From contig CALRIA010000002.1 of NCBI GenBank assembly GCA_943359595.1, forward strand, positions 10,417-74,416: 64,000 nucleotides of DNA, written 5' to 3'. Origin of the DNA: Candidatus Magasanikiibacteriota bacterium. GTDB taxonomy: Bacteria; Patescibacteriota; Patescibacteriia; Magasanikbacterales; GWA2-37-8. Positions 1 through 9,586 of the stretch are shown one piece after another. The notes under the pieces were generated by a model, which saw only the letters and a list, made by a program, of their open reading frames with translations, was not told the DNA's origin and searched no databases. Both the position numbers and the translations under genes were made by a program. Within the stretch, counting starts at the first letter, position 1; the number at the start of each line of letters is the position of its first letter.

Positions 1-1
1 A

Positions 2-349
2 TTAATTTTACCAAAAATAAAAGAAGTAAATGAGTTAAGAGGTCAGTGTGGTTATCTGGGTAAAGTAAAAGGCGAAGTGTGTGTAGTAAATAGCTCTAAA
101 GAAATGTCCAAATTCAAAGATGGGCAGATTTTGGTTTCCGTAGTTACCGATCCATCACTTTTGCCAATTATGAAAAAAGCTGCCGCCTTTGTCACCAATC
201 AAGGCGGTCTGACCTGCCATGCGGCCATAGTAGCTCGCGAATTAAAAATACCCTGCGTTATCGGTACAAAAATTGCCACTCAAGTATTTAAAGATGGCGA
301 TATGATTGAGGTGGATGCTGAGAATGGTATTGTGAAAAAAATTATTTGA
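2..349 (+). CDS. PEP-utilizer mobile (phospho-His swivel) domain protein, copy 1; 5' end outside the window
   Basis: Frame is open from position 2 (LILPKIKEVNELRGQCGYLGKVKG...). Motif GGLTCHAAIVARELKIPCVIG...DGDMIEVDA. Confidence 0.9.
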   Translation, partial: LILPKIKEVNELRGQCGYLGKVKGEVCVVNSSKEMSKFKDGQILVSVVTDPSLLPIMKKAAAFVTNQGGLTCHAAIVARELKIPCVIGTKIATQVFKDGDMIEVDAENGIVKKII

Positions 350-352
350 ACT

Positions 353-1885
353 ATGAAACTCCAAAATTTAAATAATGGCGATCCGTGGATGTTGGGAGAA
401 GATATACCCAACGCTGATCTTTTTTTCTCCACTATTTGGCTCAATGGCTTTGTGAGTTTTTTTGATCAAAATACCGGTCGAGCTTACAATAAAATTCTTT
501 GTAAATATGAAGGTTATCACCTTTGGTTTTATTTTGGTGATAAAGACGCTCGTGAAGTGGCTGAACATCTGGCTGACAAAATAATAAATGAAGAAGGCTA
601 TGCCAAAGAAGTAAATAAAAATATTATTTTGGAGGCTGATAAACTTCGATCTTTTGCCGAAAAAATTCCTCAAATTAATTTAGCTAAATTATCCAATGAG
701 AATTTGTGGCAAATTTATTCTGACCACAATGGAATTCATGGTAAATATTATACTTGGGCCTGGATTCCGGTGGCAGTTGATATGTTTGGTAATAATTTAA
801 CTAAACGAGTAAAAGATTATTTGTTTCAAAAAGGTGTAGGAAATGATAATATAAACGAATTTTTAGTCATTTTGACCCAGCCAACTAAAAAGTCGCTCAT
901 ATTTATCGAACAAGAAAATTTACTAAAGATTGCGACAACTATAGCAGAAAAATATGAGTCCCTGATAAATATTTTTGAAAATAAGGAATCGGCTTACATT
1001 AAAGATAATTTACCTTTAGATATATTATCTCTAATCACAGAGCATCATGCCAAATATTATTATACAAAACATCTTTGGGTGAGCGGAGAATATAGTATAG
1101 AAGATTATCTGATTCAACTTAAAGATATTTTTAAGACTAAACAATCACCGAAAGTAATATTAGATAAACAATCACAGAAATTGGAAAAATCCAAACAGAA
1201 AAAAGAAAAGTTATTAGAGCATTTACAGATAGATCAGAAGTGGAAAGTGATATTTGAACAGTACGGTGATTTTATGGTCACCAAGATCTACCGTCGTTAT
1301 GCTCAGCTTTTGGCGGTCCATCATATGTCGGCCATACTCAAAGAGATTGCGCGGAGATTTTTTATCACTGAAAAACAGGTTCGTTTTATGAGAGTAAAGG
1401 AAGTAGAGAAAATGCTTTTGGAAAATAAATATAACGAGAGTGAATTATTGGAACGTACAAAGTATTGTGTTTATTACGCGGAGCGTGATGATGAAAAAAT
1501 TTTTATTGGGAATGAAGCCAAAGAAATAATGAAATCAATTGAGAAAGAAGTGGACATAAATATTTCAGAATTAAAAGGAGAAAGCGGTTGTGTTGGTTAT
1601 GCTAAGGGACGAGTGAAGATTATAATTCGTGCCGAAGATATGGCTAAAATGGAAGAAGGGGATATATTGGTCTCAATTGCTACTGATCCAGATATTGTGC
1701 CAGCGATGAAGAAAGCGGCTGGTATTATCACGGAACAAGGTGGGGTAACGTCTCACGCCGCGATTGTTTCGCGTGAATTAGGAATTCCCTGCGTTATCGG
1801 TACAAAAATTGCCACTCAAGTATTTAAAGATGGGGATATGGTTGAAGTGGATGCTAATCGTGGTATTGTTAAGAAAATTTTTTAA
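353..1885 (+). CDS. PEP-utilizer mobile domain protein, copy 2 (variable N-terminal region + C-terminal His domain)
   Basis: C-terminal GGVTSHAAIVSRELGIPCVIG. No ATP-grasp or PEP-binding barrel motifs seen. Confidence 0.9.
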   Translation: MKLQNLNNGDPWMLGEDIPNADLFFSTIWLNGFVSFFDQNTGRAYNKILCKYEGYHLWFYFGDKDAREVAEHLADKIINEEGYAKEVNKNIILEADKLRSFAEKIPQINLAKLSNENLWQIYSDHNGIHGKYYTWAWIPVAVDMFGNNLTKRVKDYLFQKGVGNDNINEFLVILTQPTKKSLIFIEQENLLKIATTIAEKYESLINIFENKESAYIKDNLPLDILSLITEHHAKYYYTKHLWVSGEYSIEDYLIQLKDIFKTKQSPKVILDKQSQKLEKSKQKKEKLLEHLQIDQKWKVIFEQYGDFMVTKIYRRYAQLLAVHHMSAILKEIARRFFITEKQVRFMRVKEVEKMLLENKYNESELLERTKYCVYYAERDDEKIFIGNEAKEIMKSIEKEVDINISELKGESGCVGYAKGRVKIIIRAEDMAKMEEGDILVSIATDPDIVPAMKKAAGIITEQGGVTSHAAIVSRELGIPCVIGTKIATQVFKDGDMVEVDANRGIVKKIF

Positions 1886-1891
1886 TTTTTT

Positions 1892-3181
1892 ATGAAACAG
1901 TCACCAAAAGAAAAAATAATAAAACAATTTTCTGCAATGCCTTGGCAACCTTGGTTGCATCGACGTTTTGATCCGTTAGTGACTTATCTCATTATGGTAG
2001 GTGGCACAAGAGAAATATTTAAAACTCAGGGGATAGATGGTGAGTTTCCAATTTCACTTTACGATACCAACGATTGGTATAGTACCCAAGAAATGCTTAG
2101 TTTAGCAAGCAATGAAGCCAAAAGTTTTTTGCAACAAAAAAATATTATTAATTTGACTCATCAATGTGACAATCTTCTTGAATTTAGTCGTACTGCAGTA
2201 GAACAATTATTATCAAATCCAGGTGATCCAAAAAAGGATTATGAACAAGTAATTAAAATTATCACACCATTAAATGTCTATGTTTGGGTAGCACATAGTT
2301 CGGAAGTTTATTATCATGATCTGATTAGCTCAGCTACTTCCGCTTTTGTCACCCCAGAAAAATTAGAAACTTTTATTGGTGACATTAGTTTTCCGGTTAG
2401 AAAAAATTCTCTCGCCTTAATGGAGAATGATATTCGCGCCGGTGAAACTACAAAAGTGCTTTATAAAAAATATGCTTGGATAAAAGCGCGTGGTGGTTTT
2501 AGGCCAGGTTATACGTTGGCAGAAATTCGAGATATTCAAAAGGAAATTTTAAATAAACCGCAAGATAAACATCGTCATGTAGAAGTTCCGCCAGCTTTAG
2601 AACAGGCTGTTGGCGAATTGCAAGAATTGGTATATTTGCGTACATTGCGCACCGATGCGCTTTGGGAATTATATTATCTAGCCCAGCCTATTTTTGATCG
2701 GGCAGCCAAAGCTTTTGGCGTTAGTTCCGTAAAAGATTATATTCCCGAAGAATTATTGAAAGGTAATATAAAGCCAGTGCCAAATAATTACGCTATTTTA
2801 AAAAATTATGACACTATTGTTGTTACTGATCCAATTATCAAATTAAAAAATTCAGAAGTTGCAAATAGTGTACGGGGTGTTGTGGCTTATCGCGGTATTG
2901 TTAGTGGGCCAGTAAAAATTATATTTACTCCTCAAGAAATCAGCAAGGTGGTGACCGGAGATATTCTTGTCACAAATATGACCATACCTGCTTATGTTTC
3001 CGCGATGTACCGCGCTGCCGCATTTGTAACTAACGAGGGAGGTATTACTTGTCATGCCGCTATTCTCGCCCGCGAGCTAAAAAAACCTTGCATCATAGGA
3101 ACCAGAGTAGCTACACAGATTTTTAAAGATGGTGATCTGGTGGAAGTGGACGCTGAAAAAGGAATTGTAAGAAAAATATAA
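1892..3181 (+). CDS. PEP-utilizer mobile domain protein, copy 3
   Basis: C-terminal GGITCHAAILARELKKPCIIG. Confidence 0.9.
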   Translation: MKQSPKEKIIKQFSAMPWQPWLHRRFDPLVTYLIMVGGTREIFKTQGIDGEFPISLYDTNDWYSTQEMLSLASNEAKSFLQQKNIINLTHQCDNLLEFSRTAVEQLLSNPGDPKKDYEQVIKIITPLNVYVWVAHSSEVYYHDLISSATSAFVTPEKLETFIGDISFPVRKNSLALMENDIRAGETTKVLYKKYAWIKARGGFRPGYTLAEIRDIQKEILNKPQDKHRHVEVPPALEQAVGELQELVYLRTLRTDALWELYYLAQPIFDRAAKAFGVSSVKDYIPEELLKGNIKPVPNNYAILKNYDTIVVTDPIIKLKNSEVANSVRGVVAYRGIVSGPVKIIFTPQEISKVVTGDILVTNMTIPAYVSAMYRAAAFVTNEGGITCHAAILARELKKPCIIGTRVATQIFKDGDLVEVDAEKGIVRKI

Positions 3182-3204
3182 AAAATAATTCTCTAAAAAG
3201 CAAG

Positions 3205-3229
3205 CACCACCGGATATTAACCGGTGGTG
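3205..3229. terminator. Hairpin between convergent genes, probable intrinsic terminator
   Basis: CACCACCGG-atattaa-CCGGTGGTG, a perfect 9-bp stem. Confidence 0.6.
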
Positions 3230-3305
3230 TATGCACTTTTATGATTTTTCAGAAGGCGGTATGCTCAGGCGGAATGAAAAAACGGTTCCGTTTGAACTTC
3301 TTCAC

Positions 3306-3803
3306 CTAGTTGGTGCCAGTCGCGATGAATTCAATCTTGATCTCGTCGCCATCAACCTTGATCGCGTAGACTGATCCACTTTTGGCTTCCGAAAGTGGAA
3401 TGCCTAGAGCAAGCAGGACTTCGCGACCCGCGCAGATGACGGTCTCATTAGGGAGTTTTTTCAGCTTCGCCCTTAGCGATGGCCCAGCGTCTTCGCCGCT
3501 AGTGCAGGTTTCAAACGCCACCTTGATTCCGCTCGCCAGTACCAGCATCTTTTCGCCGTCGATCAACTCCAGACTGCCACAAGCACCGAAAACAGACGAA
3601 ATCTGCAACCGGACACCAGTGTCGGAATAGCCGAGCTCTTCAGCCACAGCAAAGTGCCGGAGAGCTTCGCCAATACAGACGAGCGGTGGATCGATTACGA
3701 GATGAATCCGCAACGATCGAACGCAGGTTTTGCCGGCAACGGTCATGTCTGGATCAGCACCAGTTTCCTTTTCTCCGTGGGTAACCAGATATAAGGTTTT
3801 CAT
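3306..3803 (-). CDS. Histidine phosphatase superfamily-like protein with degenerate motifs
   Basis: MKTLYLVTHGE...DPDMTVAG resembles LxRHG...LTxxG with R replaced by T. Second His region reads ICAGRE. GC is higher than the flanks. Likely start is the ATG at 3803. Confidence 0.6.
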   Translation of the reverse strand: MKTLYLVTHGEKETGADPDMTVAGKTCVRSLRIHLVIDPPLVCIGEALRHFAVAEELGYSDTGVRLQISSVFGACGSLELIDGEKMLVLASGIKVAFETCTSGEDAGPSLRAKLKKLPNETVICAGREVLLALGIPLSEAKSGSVYAIKVDGDEIKIEFIATGTN

Positions 3804-3942
3804 TTTTGGGCCCTTCTGTTGTATCTTAGACACCCATCATTTTCAAGCCACTCGACTTAAGTTTTTGGGATCTGTTGTAAAAGTGCATTTATTCTGGAAA
3901 GTTGCCTTAGTTAAGGCTTTTTTCACCATAAATAAACATTTT

Positions 3943-3971
3943 ACCTTACCAAAAAATAGTCATTTTGTCAA
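3943..3971 (-). promoter_or_regulatory. Putative sigma70 promoter for the 3306-3803 gene
   Basis: Minus strand TTGACA-17-TAAGGT with TG just upstream of the -10. Confidence 0.45.
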
Positions 3972-3995
3972 TGTCTGTGTAAATTTATGGCTAAG

Positions 3996-4026
3996 ATATA
4001 GACAAATTTTGTCTATATGATACTAT
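3996..4026 (+). promoter_or_regulatory. Promoter with an overlapping palindromic operator, upstream of array copies 4-7
   Basis: TAGACA-16-TACTAT (TGn extended -10). Perfect inverted repeat ATATAGACAAA-T-TTTGTCTATAT at 3996-4018. Confidence 0.55.
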
Positions 4027-4049
4027 TAAAGTAGTTAAATAAATCATTC

Positions 4050-5402
4050 ATGTTCAAAGCCAGTAAAATTTTTAAATACAGTTGGGAACTTTATGTTTCT
4101 CGTAACGTGTCTGTTTGGCACGATACTTTGCATTTGATAAGAAGTGATTCTGGTTATCATCATTACAAATTAGGTAAAATGTATGTTCAATTTAGAATTC
4201 ATCGTAATTTAGAATCGGATTTTTATTATGCACTTACTGGTAGTCGATCGGCAGAAGATTTTATTGGTCGATTAGAGAAAAATTTAGAAAAAAAAGAATA
4301 TGTTGATTTTCTTAAAAAGGAGTATCGAAAAGATTGCATAAAGTTTTTAGCTCGGTCTAAAAATTTAAAATCTACTACCAAAAGCTTAAAGTCATTTTTA
4401 AATAATTATGGCTATTGTAATGTTCTTTTAGATATAACTTCTCGAGCAAGTAAGATTTTGACCGATAAATTAATGTTTGATTTAAAGGATAATCGAAAGC
4501 GCGATGCTATTATTAGTTATTATGCTGTTCCAAAACAATTAGCACCGATTCAAAAATTAGAAAAAGAAGTGGCGAAATTATATCATGATAAAAATCTAGA
4601 TAAAATAGCTGAAAGATTATGGAAAAAATATTGCTGGATTCCGGTGAGTTTTGTAGGTGAACCTTGGAGTAAAGAATATTTTTTAAATTTGTTAAAAACA
4701 GCTAATAAAAAAGTTTTGAGAATTTCACAAAAACCAAGGGTAAAATTATCCGTTAATTTAAAACATCTTTTATGGGCACTGTCGCAGATAACCTATCTAA
4801 ACGAATATCGTAAGAGCATTTTTTGTCAGGTTAATTTGAATATCCGACCAGTTTTGAATGAAATAGCCAAACGGAGTGGTTTAAAAGATTGGAAGGAAGT
4901 TTCGTTATTGACCCATGAGGAATTAATTTTGGCTTCTGATGGTAAAAATTTTTCTAAGTTGGTGGCGCGTCGTCAAAAAGAAATTTTTGCTGTTCATAAT
5001 ATTGATAGTAATCAACTTCAGGTAGTATATGGATTACCGGTTAAAAAATTTGAAGATAATTTTAAGATAAAAAATACCAACGTATCTGAATTTAGTGGTG
5101 TTGTTGGAAATAAAGGAAAGATTATTGGTGTAGTAAAGATAATTTTAAAACACAGTGATTTTGATAAATTTAAAGATGGCGATATCCTAGTTGCCAACAT
5201 GACATCAGTAGATTATTTACCAATCATGAAAAAGGCCGGCGCGTTTGTCACCGATGAGGGTGGTCTAGCGTGTCATGCGGCGGTGGTAGCGCGCGAATTT
5301 AATTTACCCTGTATTATCGGCACCAAAATTGCTACAGTGGTTTTAAAAGATGGTGATATAGTGGACGTGGACGCCAACAATGGTATAATTAGAAAAATAT
5401 GA
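4050..5402 (+). CDS. PEP-utilizer mobile domain protein, copy 4
   Basis: C-terminal GGLACHAAVVAREFNLPCIIG. Confidence 0.9.
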   Translation: MFKASKIFKYSWELYVSRNVSVWHDTLHLIRSDSGYHHYKLGKMYVQFRIHRNLESDFYYALTGSRSAEDFIGRLEKNLEKKEYVDFLKKEYRKDCIKFLARSKNLKSTTKSLKSFLNNYGYCNVLLDITSRASKILTDKLMFDLKDNRKRDAIISYYAVPKQLAPIQKLEKEVAKLYHDKNLDKIAERLWKKYCWIPVSFVGEPWSKEYFLNLLKTANKKVLRISQKPRVKLSVNLKHLLWALSQITYLNEYRKSIFCQVNLNIRPVLNEIAKRSGLKDWKEVSLLTHEELILASDGKNFSKLVARRQKEIFAVHNIDSNQLQVVYGLPVKKFEDNFKIKNTNVSEFSGVVGNKGKIIGVVKIILKHSDFDKFKDGDILVANMTSVDYLPIMKKAGAFVTDEGGLACHAAVVAREFNLPCIIGTKIATVVLKDGDIVDVDANNGIIRKI

Positions 5403-6472
5403 AAAAAATTTATTTAGTTTTCACTAGGGATAATAATCAGTGGGTGAATGAAATGGTAGATTTTGTTTTTGTTAATGAATTACCAAAAATTTTTGGCGCC
5501 GGTCTAACAACCCAAATTACCCGTTTTACAGGACGTACTTTTGAATGGTATCGTTTTGTTGAAGAAATGAATAAATTAAAAACGACTGTTATCAGTAAAA
5601 AATCGGTAGATCCTATTTTTCAGAAAAAAAATCAAGTTAAATTTTTAAAAGAAGTTGTCGAATTAAGAAAATTAATTTCTATAAATCCTAAGCGAGTAAA
5701 AAATGATCTTGATTTATTGCAAGAAATAAAAACTAGATTTTTGGATGTGTATCCATTGTATGTTCTAGCGGTTTTTTTGCCTGGGCCTTGGCGCGATGAT
5801 TTTATTGCAGTTCATGGCGGTGGTTCAAAACAAATTTTAAATTTATTATTTAAAAGTCGCGAAGACAGCGAAGGTCTTTTAAAGGAAATAACCAATTTTA
5901 TGCGGTCCTGGCTTGGGCCACAGTTGCAAAAGGTTGGCTACCAGGCTGATTATTTAAAGTTACTTTCCGTATCGGAAGTAGAGGAGTTTGTGAGGCTGAA
6001 AAAAATGCCTCCACATAAGGAGTTAGATCAACGTTTCAAAGGTTTTGTGTATATGTACAGCAGGCTTGTTAAGACCAAAGATTTTAAAGTTTTTCTTAAA
6101 GATGAAAATATTTCTATTGAGACAGAAAATATAGTACTAAATAAAAATAGTTTCACTGGATCAATAGCTTATGCGAGTAAAATTGTGCGCGGCAAAGTTA
6201 AAGTAGTTTTGAATTCAACAGAGATGTTTGGTTTTAAAGAAGATATGATTTTGGTTACTCCTATGACTGCTCCGGAATATTTAGCGATTATGAAAAAGGC
6301 GAAGGCAATTATTACCAACGAAGGTGGAATTACTTGCCATGCCGCGATTGTGGCCCGAGAATTAAAAAAGGCTTGTATTATCGGTACAAAAATCGCCACT
6401 TTTGTTCTAAAAGACGGAGATTTGGTGGAGGTGGATTCTCACAAAGGAATAATTAGAAAAATAAATATTTAA
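5399..6472 (+). CDS. PEP-utilizer mobile domain protein, copy 5 (shorter N-terminal region)
   Basis: C-terminal GGITCHAAIVARELKKACIIG. ATGA overlap with copy 4. Confidence 0.9.
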   Translation: MKKIYLVFTRDNNQWVNEMVDFVFVNELPKIFGAGLTTQITRFTGRTFEWYRFVEEMNKLKTTVISKKSVDPIFQKKNQVKFLKEVVELRKLISINPKRVKNDLDLLQEIKTRFLDVYPLYVLAVFLPGPWRDDFIAVHGGGSKQILNLLFKSREDSEGLLKEITNFMRSWLGPQLQKVGYQADYLKLLSVSEVEEFVRLKKMPPHKELDQRFKGFVYMYSRLVKTKDFKVFLKDENISIETENIVLNKNSFTGSIAYASKIVRGKVKVVLNSTEMFGFKEDMILVTPMTAPEYLAIMKKAKAIITNEGGITCHAAIVARELKKACIIGTKIATFVLKDGDLVEVDSHKGIIRKINI

Positions 6473-6473
6473 T

Positions 6474-7936
6474 ATGTTTGAATATATCAAGTCTCACGAA
6501 GAACACTCGGTTACACCTTTGACTATTTCGCCCAATCACAATGCTTGGCCATCAAAGATTTTAAAAAAATTATTGGACGGTCATGAGGTAGGAGAGCAGA
6601 CTTTTTGTATTCACAGAGATCAAGGCCTGGAATTTTATGCCGATCATAATGCTTGGGATAGAGGATCGGATTATTTTTTGGAGAAATTAAAACGAGATAA
6701 AAAAATAGTAAAAGAGGTCTCTTTTAATTCTCACAGGATTGCCGATCAAATTTTAAAGAAAATCAGAAATTTTGAACGTCAAAATATAAAAAAATGGTCC
6801 AACAAAGAAATCACAAAATTTTTATCCAGTAGCTATAAGCTAGGCAATGATCTGTGTGCCTATGGTTTTATCCCGGTAATCTCCGATCATTTTTTTCATA
6901 AATTTACCGATCTCCTCAAATCTATCGTGAAAAATAAAGAAAAAAATATTTCAGTAAAAATGACCGTTCCGGAAATAATTTTTCTTTTGTGTTCTCATTA
7001 TAAACCCGTACCTTCTAAATTGGCTAGAATAAAATTATTAAAACTTTTAAAAAAAATACCAATCAAGAAAAGATAAATAATTATTACTCTGATTGGCATT
7101 GGGTAGGCTTTGGGCAGCTTGGTCCAGGAATTGAACCTCAAGAGTTTTTAGCCGGCGCCGACAGTCTCTTTAAAAATAAACATCTTATAGACAAGGAATT
7201 AAAAGAGTTGATAAATTCTCCAAAAATTTTACAGAAAAAACAAAAAGAATTAATCAACAAATTGCGTTTGAACACTCAAGAGATTTTTTTATTTTCTACC
7301 GCGCGTGAGTTTACTTATCTTAAAGGTTTAAGAATGGAAGTTCTGTTTGGTCTTTGCGCCGCTTGGAGTAAAGCGCTGGACGAAATTTCAATTCGATTAA
7401 AGATGGATAAAAAATTACTTTATTACGCTTCCATGGCGGAATTAAATTCCGCTTTGTCGGGACAACATAGTTTAAATAAAGAAATTTTAAAAGATAGAAG
7501 TAAATTTTGTGTTTGGGTAGCTAATACCGAAAGTACTCAGAAAATTTTAGCTGGCAAAGAAGCCAGAGAATTTTTGAAGACAGTTAAATTTAAAGAAGCT
7601 AAAAAAATTGAAAAAGTTTTGGTTATTCACGGTACGGTCGCGTCGGTGGGATATGCCAAAGGTACAGTGAGAATTGTGAATAAAACTTCAGAAATAAATA
7701 AAGTAAAAGAAGGCGATGTGCTGGTTTCGGTTGCCACTCATCCTGGATTACTTCCCGCCATGAAAAAGGCCTGTGCTTTTGTGACTGATGCCGGTGGTAT
7801 CACTTCGCACGCCGCCATAGTCGCGCGTGAGATGGGTAAGCCGTGTATTATAGGCACTAAAATAGCGACTAAAATTTTAAAAGATGGTGATTTGGTAGAG
7901 CTGGATACTAAGAGAGGGGATATTAAAAAAATATAA
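6474..7936 (+). pseudogene. PEP-utilizer mobile domain protein, copy 6, split by a frameshift at an A8 run (or expressed by slippage)
   Basis: ORFs 6474-7076 and 7208-7936 join through a -1 shift at TTTTAAAAAAAA (7045-7056). The downstream frame is open from 7028 and ends with GGITSHAAIVAREMGKPCIIG. Confidence 0.8.
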
Positions 7937-7955
7937 AAATAATTTTTTGAACAAT

Positions 7956-9455
7956 ATGACTAAGCACACACAAGGTGATTGGATGATGATGTCTCAGCGT
8001 CAACGCATGAGCCCGTTTCCAAACTATATGTCTATGGAATCGGTTTGCAAAGAGATGAAAAAATTTGTTGGAGTAAATTTAAAAGACGTACTTCTATTTT
8101 TTAAAGGTAACATGATGTTTGCCTTTCAAGATAGTAAAGCCCACGAACAAGCCGGACAAAAAATTGCCAGTAGGATAGAAAAAAATCCACTTATGTATAG
8201 GCGTTTGGTCAAGCAGGAAGAAATTTTTGGAAATAAATTGGTAAAATTTACCAAGTTGGCCGGACAGCAAACGAATAGTAAAACCAGCAATCGTCGTCTG
8301 TATGAGTGGTATACTCAGTATGAAAAAATGTATAAAAATGTTTATGCCACTTATGGCTCGGTTTGGACAATGGAAGATCATCTGGTAGCCAAACTTTATG
8401 ATATTGTTCACAAACGTTGGCAAGATGGCTCTAAAATTAGCAATACTTTGAATAGTTTGACCAAACAACCGCTCGCCATGGTGGCTACTATTGAGCGTCA
8501 AGCGATATTGAAAATGGCGGTAAAAATTTTGTCTTCATCCGGTTTATTAAAATTAGTTCAATCCGGGTCTTTGGAAAATATTAAAAAGAACAAGATATTG
8601 CATAAATTAATATCCACTCACGAAAAGAACTTCTTCTGGATTACCAGAGATTATGAAGATCCAATTTTAACTTATGATGATATTGTCAAAAAATTACAAA
8701 TCATTTTAAAGGAAGATCCTGTCAAACAACAAAAAGAATTAAATGATAGATTAAGTGGCGATTTACGTGAAAGAAAAAAATTGGAAAAAGAATTAAAACT
8801 CAACAAAAAAGAGTTGGCTTTGTTTGCTTCCATGCGCGATGCTGCCAATTTAAAAGAACAGCGTAAAAAATTTGTTTCTCAGTCTTTATATTATTTTGAT
8901 CCGGTTTTAAATGAGATTAGTAAAAGATTATTTTTAACTGTGAAACAGGTAAGATTTTTCCGTACTAGTGATGTTTATGAGGCTTTGGTAAAAAATAAAG
9001 ATTTGACTAGCGAATTAAATGAGCGTTTTAATTTATCAGTGTGGCATTCCAGTACCAATGGTACAAAAGTCACAGTTGGTAAGGAAGCGCAAAAAATATT
9101 TGATGAGTTTTGCCAAGTGGATAAAAATGCAAGCGAATTTACAGGCATGCCGGTGTCGCCAGGGGTGGCACGCGGTCCAGCCAAAATCGTTTTAAATCCA
9201 AATGAATGTGATAAGGTAAATAAAGGGGACATAATTGTAAGTGTTCAGGTGGTGCCAAGTTTTTCGACAGCGATTATTAAGTCAGCTGGTATAGTTTGTG
9301 ATGGTGGCCACGGTATTACTTCCCATCCGGCGACTTTGTCGCGAGAAGCGGGAGTACCGTGCGTGATTCAAACTAGATTTGTGCGCGAAGTGGTAAAAGA
9401 TGGTGATGTACTGGAAGTGGATGGATATAAAGGCATCGTAAAAATAATAAAATAA
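7956..9455 (+). CDS. PEP-utilizer mobile domain protein, copy 7 (variant His loop)
   Basis: C-terminal DGGHGITSHPATLSREAGVPCVI...DGDVLEVDG. ATG at 7956. Confidence 0.88.
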   Translation: MTKHTQGDWMMMSQRQRMSPFPNYMSMESVCKEMKKFVGVNLKDVLLFFKGNMMFAFQDSKAHEQAGQKIASRIEKNPLMYRRLVKQEEIFGNKLVKFTKLAGQQTNSKTSNRRLYEWYTQYEKMYKNVYATYGSVWTMEDHLVAKLYDIVHKRWQDGSKISNTLNSLTKQPLAMVATIERQAILKMAVKILSSSGLLKLVQSGSLENIKKNKILHKLISTHEKNFFWITRDYEDPILTYDDIVKKLQIILKEDPVKQQKELNDRLSGDLRERKKLEKELKLNKKELALFASMRDAANLKEQRKKFVSQSLYYFDPVLNEISKRLFLTVKQVRFFRTSDVYEALVKNKDLTSELNERFNLSVWHSSTNGTKVTVGKEAQKIFDEFCQVDKNASEFTGMPVSPGVARGPAKIVLNPNECDKVNKGDIIVSVQVVPSFSTAIIKSAGIVCDGGHGITSHPATLSREAGVPCVIQTRFVREVVKDGDVLEVDGYKGIVKIIK

Positions 9456-9466
9456 TTTATAAAAAT

Positions 9467-9497
9467 AAAAACAACCTGATTAGTCAGGTTGTTTTTT
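9467..9497. terminator. Bidirectional intrinsic terminator
   Basis: AAAAACAACCTGA-ttag-TCAGGTTGTTTTT between convergent genes. Confidence 0.8.
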
Positions 9498-9586
9498 AAA
9501 GCTCAATATTCTTTCGAGAAAAATATTAAGCTCTTGGGGACGCGAATTGCTTCGCGTCCCGTCGAGTGGGTGTACCCCAAAGCCCG

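Noticed and set aside
251-1833. The 47-bp repeat as a DGR template/variable repeat pair or a CRISPR repeat
   Set aside because: The two copies are identical, lie in conserved coding sequence and show no adenine-specific variation. No reverse transcriptase, cas gene or spacer array is in the window.
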